Source of the DNA: a virus
Virus record (IMG/VR): IMGVR_UViG_3300025120_014745
Location: 3,612 to 67,611 of that record
DNA: 64,000 nucleotides
Strand: one strand, 5' to 3'
Positions 38,207-48,605 of this stretch are shown here, in pieces. Each line of letters starts with the position of its first letter. Position 1 is the first letter of the stretch. The notes beneath the pieces were generated by a model, which ran no database searches, was not told the origin of the DNA, and saw only the letters and a program-made list of their open reading frames with translations. The translations under genes and the position numbers were made by a program.

Positions 38207-40030
38207 ATGATTGACCCTCGTTTTGCAAAAAGTAGCTTAGGAGAAAGAGCGGGTAGTAAAACAACGCAAAATGAAGACTACCAATACGAAAAACTTCCAG
38301 GTTATAATTTCATGACTGGAATTGTCTCTGACGTGATATCGAATCCTTACGAGTATCTTAATAGAAAATACAAGACTTCTGACTTTCTTCTAAAAGATGT
38401 TTTATCCGGGCGCATAAGAAGTGAAAATTTACCAAAAGTAAATGGTAGATCACCTGACAACCCATCAACTACTTTCCGTGTAGGGCATAAAGACTTAATA
38501 GATACAATGCCCATCAATTCAATATTTGCTTATATTGTTGACGGTTATGAAATAAAAGATAATCCAAAGATAGCTGTTTGTTATCCTTTTTTTCCCGGTC
38601 ACTTATCACTTCCTTTAAAGACGGGAGAGTATGTATGGTTACTTGAAGAAAAAATTGGCAATGTCTCTTACTACTACTGGGTATGTCGAAAAGTAGGACA
38701 TTTACAGCTTGACGATTTAAACTATACTAATCTTGAAAGAACTCCTGCAGTCACAAGTTTACTAAACAATGCTAACAATTCAAAAGGAAATATTGGTGTA
38801 GATCCTGCAGAAGTTTTTTCAAACGAAGGAAATGCTAGCATTAATAATAGCACTATAGGTAAAAGGAGTAACCTTCCACTCGTTATGTCCGAGTTGCTTA
38901 GAAGATCTTACTCTCATGATGCAGAATTTACTGGTGAGCCAGTGCCTAGATTATCGAAAAAATGTGGTGATGTTTTAATTCAAGGTTCAAACAATGCAGG
39001 AATGCATATAACCACAGAAAAATTCACTGACTTGACAAACAAGGCGTCAATCTTCTATACAGGTAAAGAAAACCCTGCACCACCCAATCGAACACCTAAT
39101 TCTTCTGCTATTGATATTTTTGTTTCTAGAAAAAAGTCGTCTGTAGACGCGCTCGCAAACCTCCCCGGAGGATTAACGACGCTCTCTTTCAACGATAATA
39201 ACTCTAAACTCAAAGCACACCCTAATACAACACAAGCGCAGTATCACGATTATGTTGAAAACAACAAGGTTGCTGATATCATGACAAAGGATATTGAAAA
39301 AAGAAAAGAAATGTATTCTAAAGAATTGAATGACTTTGTAGATGATGCAACTGATGTGGGCGCGAGACTTTACATGTCTAGAGACTGTGCAATTGACAAT
39401 ATTTTTGGTTCAAGTTTTGATGTTTTAAGCGCATACCAAGGGCCAAGCATTGTATCTTACGCCCAGCATAACAGGATGATAGGACTATCTGACGCCAGAC
39501 TAGTATCAAAGTCTGGACAATCTTTTATCGATCTAGATCCTGCAGGTAATATTGTTGCAAAAGCGTCAAAAGATGACGGCCAACAATTTTTAAGTTTAGG
39601 TGTAGGTGGAACAACAAGATTACAAGGTAAGGACAGAATAGAAATTTCCCAGAGCGGTGGGTCAGCGACACAGATAACAATAGCTAATAATGATGTTACA
39701 GTTGATGGTAAGTTCATAACAATAGATGGTAGTGAAAACATAACCCTCACAGCAGGTGAACCCAACACTAATCCTAAAGTAACTACAATATTCGCCACAC
39801 AGGAAGGAGGCATTCAAGCAATCAGTGTAGGAGGAGAAGGCGGCGCGGTTTTATCAGTCAAGCCTATCCAACAATTTCTAGAACTATACACCAACTCGCT
39901 ACCACAGGCGAAAGCTAATATGCTGTTGCCTCTAGGAGCCGCTGCAGTGCCTGTTGGCTTAATACTTGAATCTGGTCTAGTAGAGGCTGTAATAGAAGCA
40001 TTAGCCACAAAATACTTCTTTGCTGAGTAA
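38207..40030 (+). CDS. Baseplate hub/spike-like protein (gp5/VgrG-type architecture)
   Basis: N-terminal OB-like YPFFP..LPLKTGEYVW, GDVLIQGSNN and a beta-repeat C-terminus. Directly precedes the gp25-like gene. Confidence 0.6.
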   Translation: MIDPRFAKSSLGERAGSKTTQNEDYQYEKLPGYNFMTGIVSDVISNPYEYLNRKYKTSDFLLKDVLSGRIRSENLPKVNGRSPDNPSTTFRVGHKDLIDTMPINSIFAYIVDGYEIKDNPKIAVCYPFFPGHLSLPLKTGEYVWLLEEKIGNVSYYYWVCRKVGHLQLDDLNYTNLERTPAVTSLLNNANNSKGNIGVDPAEVFSNEGNASINNSTIGKRSNLPLVMSELLRRSYSHDAEFTGEPVPRLSKKCGDVLIQGSNNAGMHITTEKFTDLTNKASIFYTGKENPAPPNRTPNSSAIDIFVSRKKSSVDALANLPGGLTTLSFNDNNSKLKAHPNTTQAQYHDYVENNKVADIMTKDIEKRKEMYSKELNDFVDDATDVGARLYMSRDCAIDNIFGSSFDVLSAYQGPSIVSYAQHNRMIGLSDARLVSKSGQSFIDLDPAGNIVAKASKDDGQQFLSLGVGGTTRLQGKDRIEISQSGGSATQITIANNDVTVDGKFITIDGSENITLTAGEPNTNPKVTTIFATQEGGIQAISVGGEGGAVLSVKPIQQFLELYTNSLPQAKANMLLPLGAAAVPVGLILESGLVEAVIEALATKYFFAE

Positions 40031-40090
40031 GCATGAACCTTTTAAAATTAACATGACAACAAATTTAAACAAAAGAATATATATCTAATG

Positions 40091-40097
40091 ATACTTA
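40091..40097 (+). promoter_or_regulatory. Candidate late-promoter motif ATANTTA (also at 4290, 5651, 19162, 38181, 52922, 63505)
   Basis: ATACTTA 18 nt upstream of the gp25-like start. The same heptamer precedes several module-leading genes. Confidence 0.4.
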
Positions 40098-40115
40098 TAG
40101 ATAAAAGAGGCTATT

Positions 40116-40604
40116 ATGGGACATTCACAGTTTAAATTTAAGAGTAGTGGGTTTCGTAGGGATGACAGAAGATTTGTCGCAAAAAAGACTGTTGCACGGC
40201 CCATAGGGTTAAGAACACCTCTTGAGTCAGGTGATGACATATTTAAAATGCACGTTGATCCTGTTAAGCAGCTTAGTGACAATTTTAGAAATCTAATCCT
40301 AACAAATCACGGTGAAAGACTAGGTATGTTTGATTACGGGGCTAATTTAAATTCAATACTTTACGAATATAGCACTTCGCCTGACTTTGTCAATATTGTC
40401 AGTAATGCAATCGTCGACGCAACAAATCGATTTATCCCTAGTATAAGCATTGATGATATTGCAGCAACTTTTGTTGATGAAAACGAAAAGAACGATTTAA
40501 ATCGTGTAGGTTTGACAAAAGTAAGATTGAGGATTAGTTATACAGTGCCAAGGTTTAAATCTAGAAAGCTAGGTTTAGAAGTTGATTTAGTTGTAGGGGG
40601 TTAA
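40116..40604 (+). CDS. Baseplate wedge protein gp25-like
   Basis: QLSDNFRNLILTNHGERL..FDYGANL..ILYE is the gp25/GPW signature. Confidence 0.88.
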   Translation: MGHSQFKFKSSGFRRDDRRFVAKKTVARPIGLRTPLESGDDIFKMHVDPVKQLSDNFRNLILTNHGERLGMFDYGANLNSILYEYSTSPDFVNIVSNAIVDATNRFIPSISIDDIAATFVDENEKNDLNRVGLTKVRLRISYTVPRFKSRKLGLEVDLVVGG

Positions 40605-40608
40605 TTAA

Positions 40609-42456
40609 ATGGCTAGAAACATTAAAAAAGAAGTCCAAAAACAAAAAGAAGTTTCGTACACAAGTAAAGATTTTAAATCTTTAAGGAATGATCTAAGAAG
40701 ATATATGCTTACTCACTTTAGTGACAACGCCGTTGATTTTTCTGACGCTAGTTTAGGTGGGATGTTTTTAGACTTAGGCGCTTATGTTGGTGACGTTTTA
40801 ACTTACTACATGGATCACCAGTTTAATGAAAATAACATTGAGACTGCTGTTGAAAATGATAATTTAGAAAGACTAATTAGAGAATCAGGTATTAAAATAC
40901 CTGCTGCAGCACCAGCCTATTCAGAAATAGATATAGAAATAGTTGTACCTGCTATAGTCGATGCAACAGGAATATATGTTCCAGACCCAAGTACTTTACC
41001 AAACATAAGAAAAAATTCCGTGTTCTCAACGCCTAATGGCAGTAAATTTTATTTACTTGATGATGTGGATTTTAAAGACACAGACAATTTAAATAATCTA
41101 GTTGCAGACCAGGCAATCGGTAATACTTCCGGAACAGCAATTATAAATTTTTTACTTACTCGAAAAGGTTTGGTGTCAAGCGCCCAAATTAAAACAGAGA
41201 ACATTTCAATTGAAGATAATAATGTTCCGTTTAGGACAATTACACTGAACGAGGACAACGTTAATGAGATTATTTCCGTTGTGGATAGCTTAGGTGACAA
41301 TTATTACGAAGTTGATTCCCTATCCCAAGACACTGTATTTAAGGCACTTGATAATCATAGATACGATTCCTCAGACGTACCTTCCAGACTCGAGCTTTTA
41401 CATGCCCCCAAGAGATTTGTCGCGACAAGAAGTGTAAATACCGGTAAAACTACTTTGCGCTTCGGCTCAGGAAATGAAGCTAGCTTTGATGAAGACATTA
41501 TTCCTGATCCTAGTGAGCATGCAATCCGTTTGTTTGGAGATAGAAAGACTTTCACAACTGTAACAATTGATCCAAATAGCTTCTTAGACACACAAACACT
41601 TGGTATTTCACCTAGAAACACAACTTTAACAGTTAATTATAGATGTGGCGGCGGCTTAGGTGACAATGTTTCCGCAGGTGAGATTAATTCAGTCGATACG
41701 CTCATAACGAGTTTTAAAACGAGTACAACTGCTTCAGACGAAGCTGCAGTTAGAGCGTCTTTGCTTGTTTTTAACTCCAAATCAGCATCCGGTGGTGAGG
41801 ACGAGCCTACACTTGAAGAACTCAGAAACATAGCGATATTTAATAGAAGTGCTCAGAACAGAATTGTTACTAGAGAAGATCTGATTGCTCGAGTATATTC
41901 AATGCCTTCACAGTTTGGTCGAGTTTATAGAGTCTCAGTATCTGACAACCCTAGGAACCCTAGAGGTGCAGAATTACATGTTATATCTCGAGATGCTAGA
42001 AAAAGATTGACAAATTCATCTGACACACTAAAACAAAACTTAGCAAAATATTTAAATTACTTTAGACTAGTTTCTGATGCTATTGACATTCTTGATGCAT
42101 CTGTGATAAACATAGGGATTAATTATTCTGTGACTGTAGAAAAGGGATACCGTCAAGAAACCGTAATAAATAGTATCAATTCAAAACTTAAGTCTTATTT
42201 TGATCTGAAGAATTTTCAAATAAATAAACCTATTATATATGGAGAGGTTGAAAACCTTATTCTTAATGTTCCGGGTGTTGTTTCAAGAATATCTCTTAAC
42301 ATAGTTGGAAAAAGTGGTATAGTAGACGGAAATGCTTATAGTGACTTTGACTATAATGCACAACAGAACTTAGATCGAGGATTTATATTTCCGCCAACCG
42401 GTGGAATATTTGAATTAAAATATCCTGACGATGATATTATCGGAAGAGTCATATAA
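40609..42456 (+). CDS. Baseplate wedge protein gp6 / baseplate J-like
   Basis: Y..KDF.SLR, DFSDASLGGMF, AYVGDVL.YY.D, LRFGSG, YRCGGG, ASGGEDE and AQNRIVTREDL. Confidence 0.88.
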   Translation: MARNIKKEVQKQKEVSYTSKDFKSLRNDLRRYMLTHFSDNAVDFSDASLGGMFLDLGAYVGDVLTYYMDHQFNENNIETAVENDNLERLIRESGIKIPAAAPAYSEIDIEIVVPAIVDATGIYVPDPSTLPNIRKNSVFSTPNGSKFYLLDDVDFKDTDNLNNLVADQAIGNTSGTAIINFLLTRKGLVSSAQIKTENISIEDNNVPFRTITLNEDNVNEIISVVDSLGDNYYEVDSLSQDTVFKALDNHRYDSSDVPSRLELLHAPKRFVATRSVNTGKTTLRFGSGNEASFDEDIIPDPSEHAIRLFGDRKTFTTVTIDPNSFLDTQTLGISPRNTTLTVNYRCGGGLGDNVSAGEINSVDTLITSFKTSTTASDEAAVRASLLVFNSKSASGGEDEPTLEELRNIAIFNRSAQNRIVTREDLIARVYSMPSQFGRVYRVSVSDNPRNPRGAELHVISRDARKRLTNSSDTLKQNLAKYLNYFRLVSDAIDILDASVINIGINYSVTVEKGYRQETVINSINSKLKSYFDLKNFQINKPIIYGEVENLILNVPGVVSRISLNIVGKSGIVDGNAYSDFDYNAQQNLDRGFIFPPTGGIFELKYPDDDIIGRVI

Positions 42457-43982
42457 TGTATAGAATATTAACAGCGTCTAAAGACACTTACATCACAAAT
42501 AAAATTATCAATAAAAGTTTCAGAGCGACAGATGCAAACGTTGGTAATGCTGGAACGTTAGACATGTTCAAGCTGTTTAATGAAAACACTTTGAATGGTG
42601 CAACCGGATCGATCGAGTTAACGAGACTGTTAATTAAATTTCCTATTGCTGATATAGCAGCACTCGATAACCAAAAGAAAATTGATATTAATCACAGTTC
42701 TTTTCAATGTCAGGTTAAACTCCACGATGTGTATGGTGGTCAAACAACGCCTTCAAACTTTACAGCAATTCTTTTTCCACTTGCTCAAAACTTTGATGAA
42801 GGACAAGGTTTTGATATCGCCAAATTTTCTGATCTGACTAGTGCTAATTATATAACTGCATCGATCGTTAACGGCGCCCCAGTTACATGGAATCTAGCAG
42901 GTGCCATGGCTTCAGGATCCCTTAGCGACTCCGGAGTTGACGTTTATTCTAGTGGTTCACTAGCAGGACCGACAGGTACATCAACAGTTTCTTTATCTCC
43001 AACTTTCCAGTTTGAAACAGGAGAAGAAGATTTACTAATAGATGTAACGACAATTGTCTCAGGTACTGTATCAGGGCAAATACCTGATAGGGGATTTTTA
43101 ATAGGCTTCTCCGGCAGTTTTGAAAAAAATGACAAGAGTTATTTTGTAAAAAGATTTGCTTCTAGAGAAGTGCAAGTAGCTGCATTAAGGCCAAAGTTAA
43201 TTTTAAAGTTTGATGATACGACAACAGATCGCCATTCAGACTTTATTTTTAATGTTACTTCCTCGTTATATTTAAGAAATTATCACTACGGTAATCTTGC
43301 AAATATAGTATCGGGAACTGCTGGGACACAGGTATCAGGCGCGAACTGTATGATTCTAAAGCTTGAGAGTGGATCTTTTAAGAAAACTTATAATGTTTCA
43401 CAAGCTTTAGTCGGAAGACATGCTCAAACCGGCGTGTATAGTTCATCTTTTTCTGTCTCTAGTTTTGAAAGCTTACTTTACCAGCAAGCAAATTTAACGG
43501 GATCAATTGTATTTAATGAAGTGTGGAGTAGCAGTGATGAAACAGTTACATATTTGTCCTCTTCGTTAAAAGTAACACGAGAAAACCGATCAACAGCTAA
43601 TTTACAGAATCAAAATAATTTACTTGTAACAGTACTGAATGTCAATGACGAGTATCGCCCCGGTGAACTAGTTAACGTTCGTGTTTTTGCAGAAAATCGT
43701 GATAGGCCAATTGTTGCTGTTAGAACACCATACGAAAAGAAAAGCCAAATATTTTCTGAAATGTATTATCGTGTAAGAGATGTAGTTGATGGTAAAATAA
43801 TTATTGACTTTGACAAAGTCAATAATTCAACAAAGCTATCAACAGATGAAGACGGAATGTTTTTTGACTTTTATACAGATTCACTCCCTAAGGGGAGAAC
43901 TTATGCTTTTGATTTCTTAATAAGGCGCAACGGTCGAGATACGGTTGTTAAGGACGCAGCATCAAAATTTAAGGTTGTATAA
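42456..43982 (+). CDS. Virion structural protein (baseplate-associated, DNRLRE-like)
   Basis: ASKDTYI...R.LIKF...F.SRE...RPKL architecture. Rich in S/T-G-S. Confidence 0.6.
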   Translation: MYRILTASKDTYITNKIINKSFRATDANVGNAGTLDMFKLFNENTLNGATGSIELTRLLIKFPIADIAALDNQKKIDINHSSFQCQVKLHDVYGGQTTPSNFTAILFPLAQNFDEGQGFDIAKFSDLTSANYITASIVNGAPVTWNLAGAMASGSLSDSGVDVYSSGSLAGPTGTSTVSLSPTFQFETGEEDLLIDVTTIVSGTVSGQIPDRGFLIGFSGSFEKNDKSYFVKRFASREVQVAALRPKLILKFDDTTTDRHSDFIFNVTSSLYLRNYHYGNLANIVSGTAGTQVSGANCMILKLESGSFKKTYNVSQALVGRHAQTGVYSSSFSVSSFESLLYQQANLTGSIVFNEVWSSSDETVTYLSSSLKVTRENRSTANLQNQNNLLVTVLNVNDEYRPGELVNVRVFAENRDRPIVAVRTPYEKKSQIFSEMYYRVRDVVDGKIIIDFDKVNNSTKLSTDEDGMFFDFYTDSLPKGRTYAFDFLIRRNGRDTVVKDAASKFKVV

Positions 43983-46900
43983 TGTCTAGAAAAAGTTTAT
44001 TTGAAAGGCAAACCGGTAGGTTGTTTAAGCCAAAGATTTTTAGAACAACAAATAAATCAGCGGGTTTTTTGCAGACACCATCAAGCGGTGATGTGAAGCT
44101 CTCTGAAAACTTTTTTAATACTAACTTAGAAAGTAGTTCATCTTTTAGGTACGGTGATAAAAAAGGAATAGTTTCTACACAACAGCTAAGAATTGATTGG
44201 GAAAAATTTGAGAATCACACGTTTTTCCACTCAGCCGTTGCAAAAGTAAACGAGTCATTCGATCGTCTGGTTAATTTTTACCCTTTTGAAAAAAGCAGAA
44301 AGAGAATTGAAAAATTTGAAGATGACTTAACAGGGTATGAAAAGTACATCTTAGACATATTTCCAAAAAATGTGGGTTATCTAAACTTCTCAGGTACACA
44401 GGTCGGGGAAGCAACAACAAACGGTACACAAATAAGTGTTGTTGATAAAAAAGGTTTTACTGTTGGCTCAATATCTGATCTTAAAGACGGTCAACCCGTA
44501 CTAGATCCGAAAGATAATCCGTGTTCAGTAGACTTCTTTATTAAAATACCCACCCAAGTAAACGACAATCAAGTAATATTCCAAAAACGTAACAGCCTAG
44601 CTAATAATTTAACAATAGCACTGTCAGAAAGTAATAGTACTACTAAATGTGATATTCATTTCTTTATTAATTCCGGATCCAATTTTTCTGTAGTTAGTGG
44701 TTCAGTTAGTAAAGGCACATTTTCTCACATATATGCAATGTATGATTTAGTAAATGACCAGAGGCTCAAACTCTTAATCAACGATAATATTCATTCATCA
44801 AGTCAACAGACAGACTTTGGATTGTTAAATTACAACGGTTCAAATTTAACAATTGCCACCGGGCAAGATGCAAGAGTTGGCAACACAGTTTTTACTAATC
44901 GCCAAACTTTTTCGGGATCGATCGATGATTTAAAATATTTTCATTCTGTGGATCCCGTTAAGGAAGTAAAACAAAGAAAGCGTCAGTCTTTTTATAGAAA
45001 TGATGCTGATGATACACTAAAGCTGTACTTTAAGTTTAATGAACCTTACGGTGTGTACGCCGGAAATAATCTAGCGCTAGATTCTTCCGGTAATTCTCTT
45101 CATTCTTACGTTACAAATTTTTCTGTGAGTAATAGATTGACTGGCTCAGATGTTCCTTTGAGTTCCGAAGACATTAATCGAAACCCGGTACTTTTCCCAG
45201 CATTTCCAAAAGTAACGACGCTTAATACGCGCTTACTAACAACCGCATCTCTATATGACGATTACAATCCAAACTTAATAATTAACCTAGTGCCGAAACA
45301 CTACTTCCAGGATGGGACGCAATTTAGAGACTACGAAGAAGAAATGGACAGACTCCAAAATAATTTTAGCACTTTCAGTTCTAACCAACCTGGTAAGAAT
45401 ATTTCTGAAATTCCAGAAACACAACTTTTAATCAAACTCTTGCTTAGTTACAGTAAGTACTTTGATGAGCTCAAGTTGCTAATTGATGGTATTACGAGTT
45501 TTAGACACACTAGTTATAACGATTACGACACAACGCCTGACCCTTTGTTACAAGAAAAAGCACAACTTTTAAACGTCACACTACCAAGTTTGTTCTCTTA
45601 TGGCCAGACAAAACAAATTTTCGAAGGTATTAATTTAAGAAGTGATGCCAGAAAATCAACTAAGTCGCTAATTGAACTCCAAAATTTAATTTGGCGAAGA
45701 ATTATTAGTGAAGCACCAAGAGTTAACTTAAGTCGCGGTACAATTAGATCGATCAAGAGCGTGTTCAGATCTTCAGGTATAGAACCTGACAATATTTTAA
45801 CAATTAGAGAATACGGCGGTTCGAAAGTAAAAAGCTTAAGTGCATCAAAAGAATTAAAGCGGGACGTTTTTAAGTTTCTCACATTTAGCGGATCAATTGG
45901 AAAAGTAACCACTTCAAATACTCCGCAAGGTTATCCAACAAACATAGAGATACCTAAAATTAAAACAACATTTCTATCAGGTTCTAGAACGCAAGTCGGC
46001 CGGCCTACGCCACGCGGTGCTTTTGTCAATAAAGACGATATAAACGTGCATGGTGTTAGTAACAACACTTCAGACGGTTTACTTACTTCCGGTAGTTTTA
46101 CATTTGAAGCATTCTATAATTTCCCAGGCGGTTACAGGAATAACCAAAGTCTAATAAGGCTTCACACAACAGGTACATCAAATCCAAGTAGTACTGAATC
46201 AGTCGTCACAAACCTAATTGCTTCGAATGATTATTTAAGATTGTACTTTAAAGACAGTCCGACAGATTTAACAACACGAGAATTGTTTTTGACAGGTGTT
46301 AATATTTTTGATAGTGACACTTGGTATGTTTCTTTTGGTAAAGAAAATACGCATGATCTAAATACGGTGGGAACTAGCTCTTATTTTTTAAGGGCAGCAA
46401 AACAATTAAATGGTGATATAATATCACAATATCACACTGCATCAATATTTGATGAACACAGTGATAGCGTTTTTAAAAATATCAGTGCTTACAACACATC
46501 GGGTAGTTTTTTAGTAATTGGTAGCCAATCATTCCAAAACCCAGGTTCTGGTAATTTATTTATAAATGGTTCTAGTACAACAGCAGACGCAAAAGTAACT
46601 GATTTTCACGGTATGTTAACAAATTTAAGATTTTTCTCTAAAAACACAACATTGAAAGAGTTTAGAAATCGATCTAAAAATTACGACAGTTTTGGTGTAA
46701 CAGATCCCTCGATAAATTACAATTTTACAAATGCATCCACGGGATCATATGAAAGATTAATATTAAATACAGACTCAAAACAATTTACGACGGGTACAGA
46801 CGCAGCAGGAAGCATTCGTTTATTCGATTTTTCACAAAACAATTTTCATTTTAACGGTACTAACTTCGAAGCAAGTAAAGATGTGTTTAAGAATTTGAGG

Positions 46901-47482
46901 GTAAACTTTGAAGTATTATCGGATAAGTTTGACTTGAACTATACGCGGGACAAAGTAAGGATTAGATCTTTCCAAGATGCTGAAAACATTGAAGACGGAC
47001 ACTTTAGTACAATAGCACCAGTTCATGAAATACTACCTAGTGAAGAAGCAACAGATGACAATCGTTTGTCTGTTGACATGTCCGTCATGAAAGGTTTGAA
47101 TGATAATATGCTTCGAATGTTTGATGACTTCGACAAACTAGAAAATGCTTTTGGAAATCCAAATTTAATTTTTGGAGAAACATATCCAGAAATACGTCAC
47201 TTAAGAGACGTATATTTTAATAATGTTTTAGACGTCTTGAATTTGCAAAAGTACAGAGAGTTATTCAAGTGGGTTGATAATGCTTTTGAAGAAGTGTTGT
47301 ATTCTATAGTTCCAAGAACCACAAATTTCTTAGGTGTGAATTTTATTTATGAATCACATGTCTTAGAAAGAAATAGATTTAAATATTTATATGATGAAAT
47401 TTATATGAAGTCGATCCAACGAGATGGTAATAGAGGAAATCTTCTATTGTCACAGTTTGTAGCAAAAGTAAAAAAACACTAG
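43982..47482 (+). CDS. Large baseplate wedge protein with LamG/ConA-like domains
   Basis: FFHSAV.KV, FSGSIDDLKYF, LYFKFNE, IWRRI...RGT.RSIK and ESHVLERNRF. Confidence 0.65.
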   Translation: MSRKSLFERQTGRLFKPKIFRTTNKSAGFLQTPSSGDVKLSENFFNTNLESSSSFRYGDKKGIVSTQQLRIDWEKFENHTFFHSAVAKVNESFDRLVNFYPFEKSRKRIEKFEDDLTGYEKYILDIFPKNVGYLNFSGTQVGEATTNGTQISVVDKKGFTVGSISDLKDGQPVLDPKDNPCSVDFFIKIPTQVNDNQVIFQKRNSLANNLTIALSESNSTTKCDIHFFINSGSNFSVVSGSVSKGTFSHIYAMYDLVNDQRLKLLINDNIHSSSQQTDFGLLNYNGSNLTIATGQDARVGNTVFTNRQTFSGSIDDLKYFHSVDPVKEVKQRKRQSFYRNDADDTLKLYFKFNEPYGVYAGNNLALDSSGNSLHSYVTNFSVSNRLTGSDVPLSSEDINRNPVLFPAFPKVTTLNTRLLTTASLYDDYNPNLIINLVPKHYFQDGTQFRDYEEEMDRLQNNFSTFSSNQPGKNISEIPETQLLIKLLLSYSKYFDELKLLIDGITSFRHTSYNDYDTTPDPLLQEKAQLLNVTLPSLFSYGQTKQIFEGINLRSDARKSTKSLIELQNLIWRRIISEAPRVNLSRGTIRSIKSVFRSSGIEPDNILTIREYGGSKVKSLSASKELKRDVFKFLTFSGSIGKVTTSNTPQGYPTNIEIPKIKTTFLSGSRTQVGRPTPRGAFVNKDDINVHGVSNNTSDGLLTSGSFTFEAFYNFPGGYRNNQSLIRLHTTGTSNPSSTESVVTNLIASNDYLRLYFKDSPTDLTTRELFLTGVNIFDSDTWYVSFGKENTHDLNTVGTSSYFLRAAKQLNGDIISQYHTASIFDEHSDSVFKNISAYNTSGSFLVIGSQSFQNPGSGNLFINGSSTTADAKVTDFHGMLTNLRFFSKNTTLKEFRNRSKNYDSFGVTDPSINYNFTNASTGSYERLILNTDSKQFTTGTDAAGSIRLFDFSQNNFHFNGTNFEASKDVFKNLRVNFEVLSDKFDLNYTRDKVRIRSFQDAENIEDGHFSTIAPVHEILPSEEATDDNRLSVDMSVMKGLNDNMLRMFDDFDKLENAFGNPNLIFGETYPEIRHLRDVYFNNVLDVLNLQKYRELFKWVDNAFEEVLYSIVPRTTNFLGVNFIYESHVLERNRFKYLYDEIYMKSIQRDGNRGNLLLSQFVAKVKKH

Positions 47483-47489
47483 GTGAATT

Positions 47490-48605
47490 ATGACAAGATT
47501 ATCGCCGCTATTTTTAGATAAACCTTCTTCTGGAAGAAGAGAGATATTGACTTTTTCAACGTCAATAAACAACTACATAACGTCTTCTTTGCCAGTAAAC
47601 ACGACAACAGCAGCAACGCAAAGAATAGGCGTAACAGTTACAAGGGCAACACCGATAAGTAGATCGTATGAAAATACTGGTGTAGGGGGTGTCAGGCTCG
47701 GTAATGTTACTGTTTATGAAAACGGAGAACCAGCTGAGCAAATAGACATGAGCCATCTAGATCTTTACAGGACTGGTAAAAACATAAGTTTATACAAACA
47801 CTTTTCATCCCAAGTTTTCCGGCCGATGATTAGAATTTCACCGGAAGGCTTTTTTGAGCAAGATCGTCCGACATATATTAATCATAACATGCAATTAAAT
47901 AGTTTTGGCATGGGTTTAAACTATAAGACAGTTGATGAAAATTATATATTCATACCTTTTTTAGATTTTTCGAAAATAGTGCCAGAAGCTGTAATAAGTG
48001 GATCAGTAGCAGGTTACCCGTTTGCTTATGACGACAGAAGAGATTTTGATCATTACATGGATCCGGGCATGCCAAAACATGATGGTGCAGCTGACGTTTT
48101 TGAAGTGAGAAATTCTTTTACAACTTTTTCAGTAAGCGATGTAAGGTTGCTCGGTGTAAAATCAAGTTTTGCTGGTGGAGGTATTGAACAAGTCCAAAAA
48201 GGAGGCGTCGCAATATCTAATCGAGTAGCTATACGTAAGTCTGTAGAGGGTAGAGAAATATTTGACGATGCTCAAGAAACTATCTTTTCCGGAAGATATA
48301 ATGCTAGCGGATCAGGAACATACAAGAAGAGGGGGGACAACTTGTCTTTAAGCACAAATGCTTTCCCACTTCCGGGGTTTGTAGACAGTTCAAAATACAC
48401 ATTAGCACCCTTTAAAGAGAATATTGATTATCTTAGCGGGAGTTATACATTCGCAACATCAAATATGAATAATTTCCTATCAAGTTCAAGAAATTCTATA
48501 GGTGAGATAGGTACCCGTTTTAAGTCTTCGACATGCGGGTTAATATTTGGTGAAAGCAATAAGCTTGGAACAGACTCAATTGCTTTCGGAGGATTAAAGA
48601 AGTAA
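47490..48605 (+). CDS. Virion structural protein, hypothetical
   Basis: Within the structural operon. C-terminal GTDSIAFGGL. Confidence 0.65.
   Translation: MTRLSPLFLDKPSSGRREILTFSTSINNYITSSLPVNTTTAATQRIGVTVTRATPISRSYENTGVGGVRLGNVTVYENGEPAEQIDMSHLDLYRTGKNISLYKHFSSQVFRPMIRISPEGFFEQDRPTYINHNMQLNSFGMGLNYKTVDENYIFIPFLDFSKIVPEAVISGSVAGYPFAYDDRRDFDHYMDPGMPKHDGAADVFEVRNSFTTFSVSDVRLLGVKSSFAGGGIEQVQKGGVAISNRVAIRKSVEGREIFDDAQETIFSGRYNASGSGTYKKRGDNLSLSTNAFPLPGFVDSSKYTLAPFKENIDYLSGSYTFATSNMNNFLSSSRNSIGEIGTRFKSSTCGLIFGESNKLGTDSIAFGGLKK

Noticed and set aside
40031-40115. Intergenic gaps (also 9360-9419, 34303-34390, 63477-63535) as tRNA/ncRNA
   Set aside because: They are short and AT-rich, with no cloverleaf, T-loop motif or stable stems visible. 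Promoter/RBS content explains them better.
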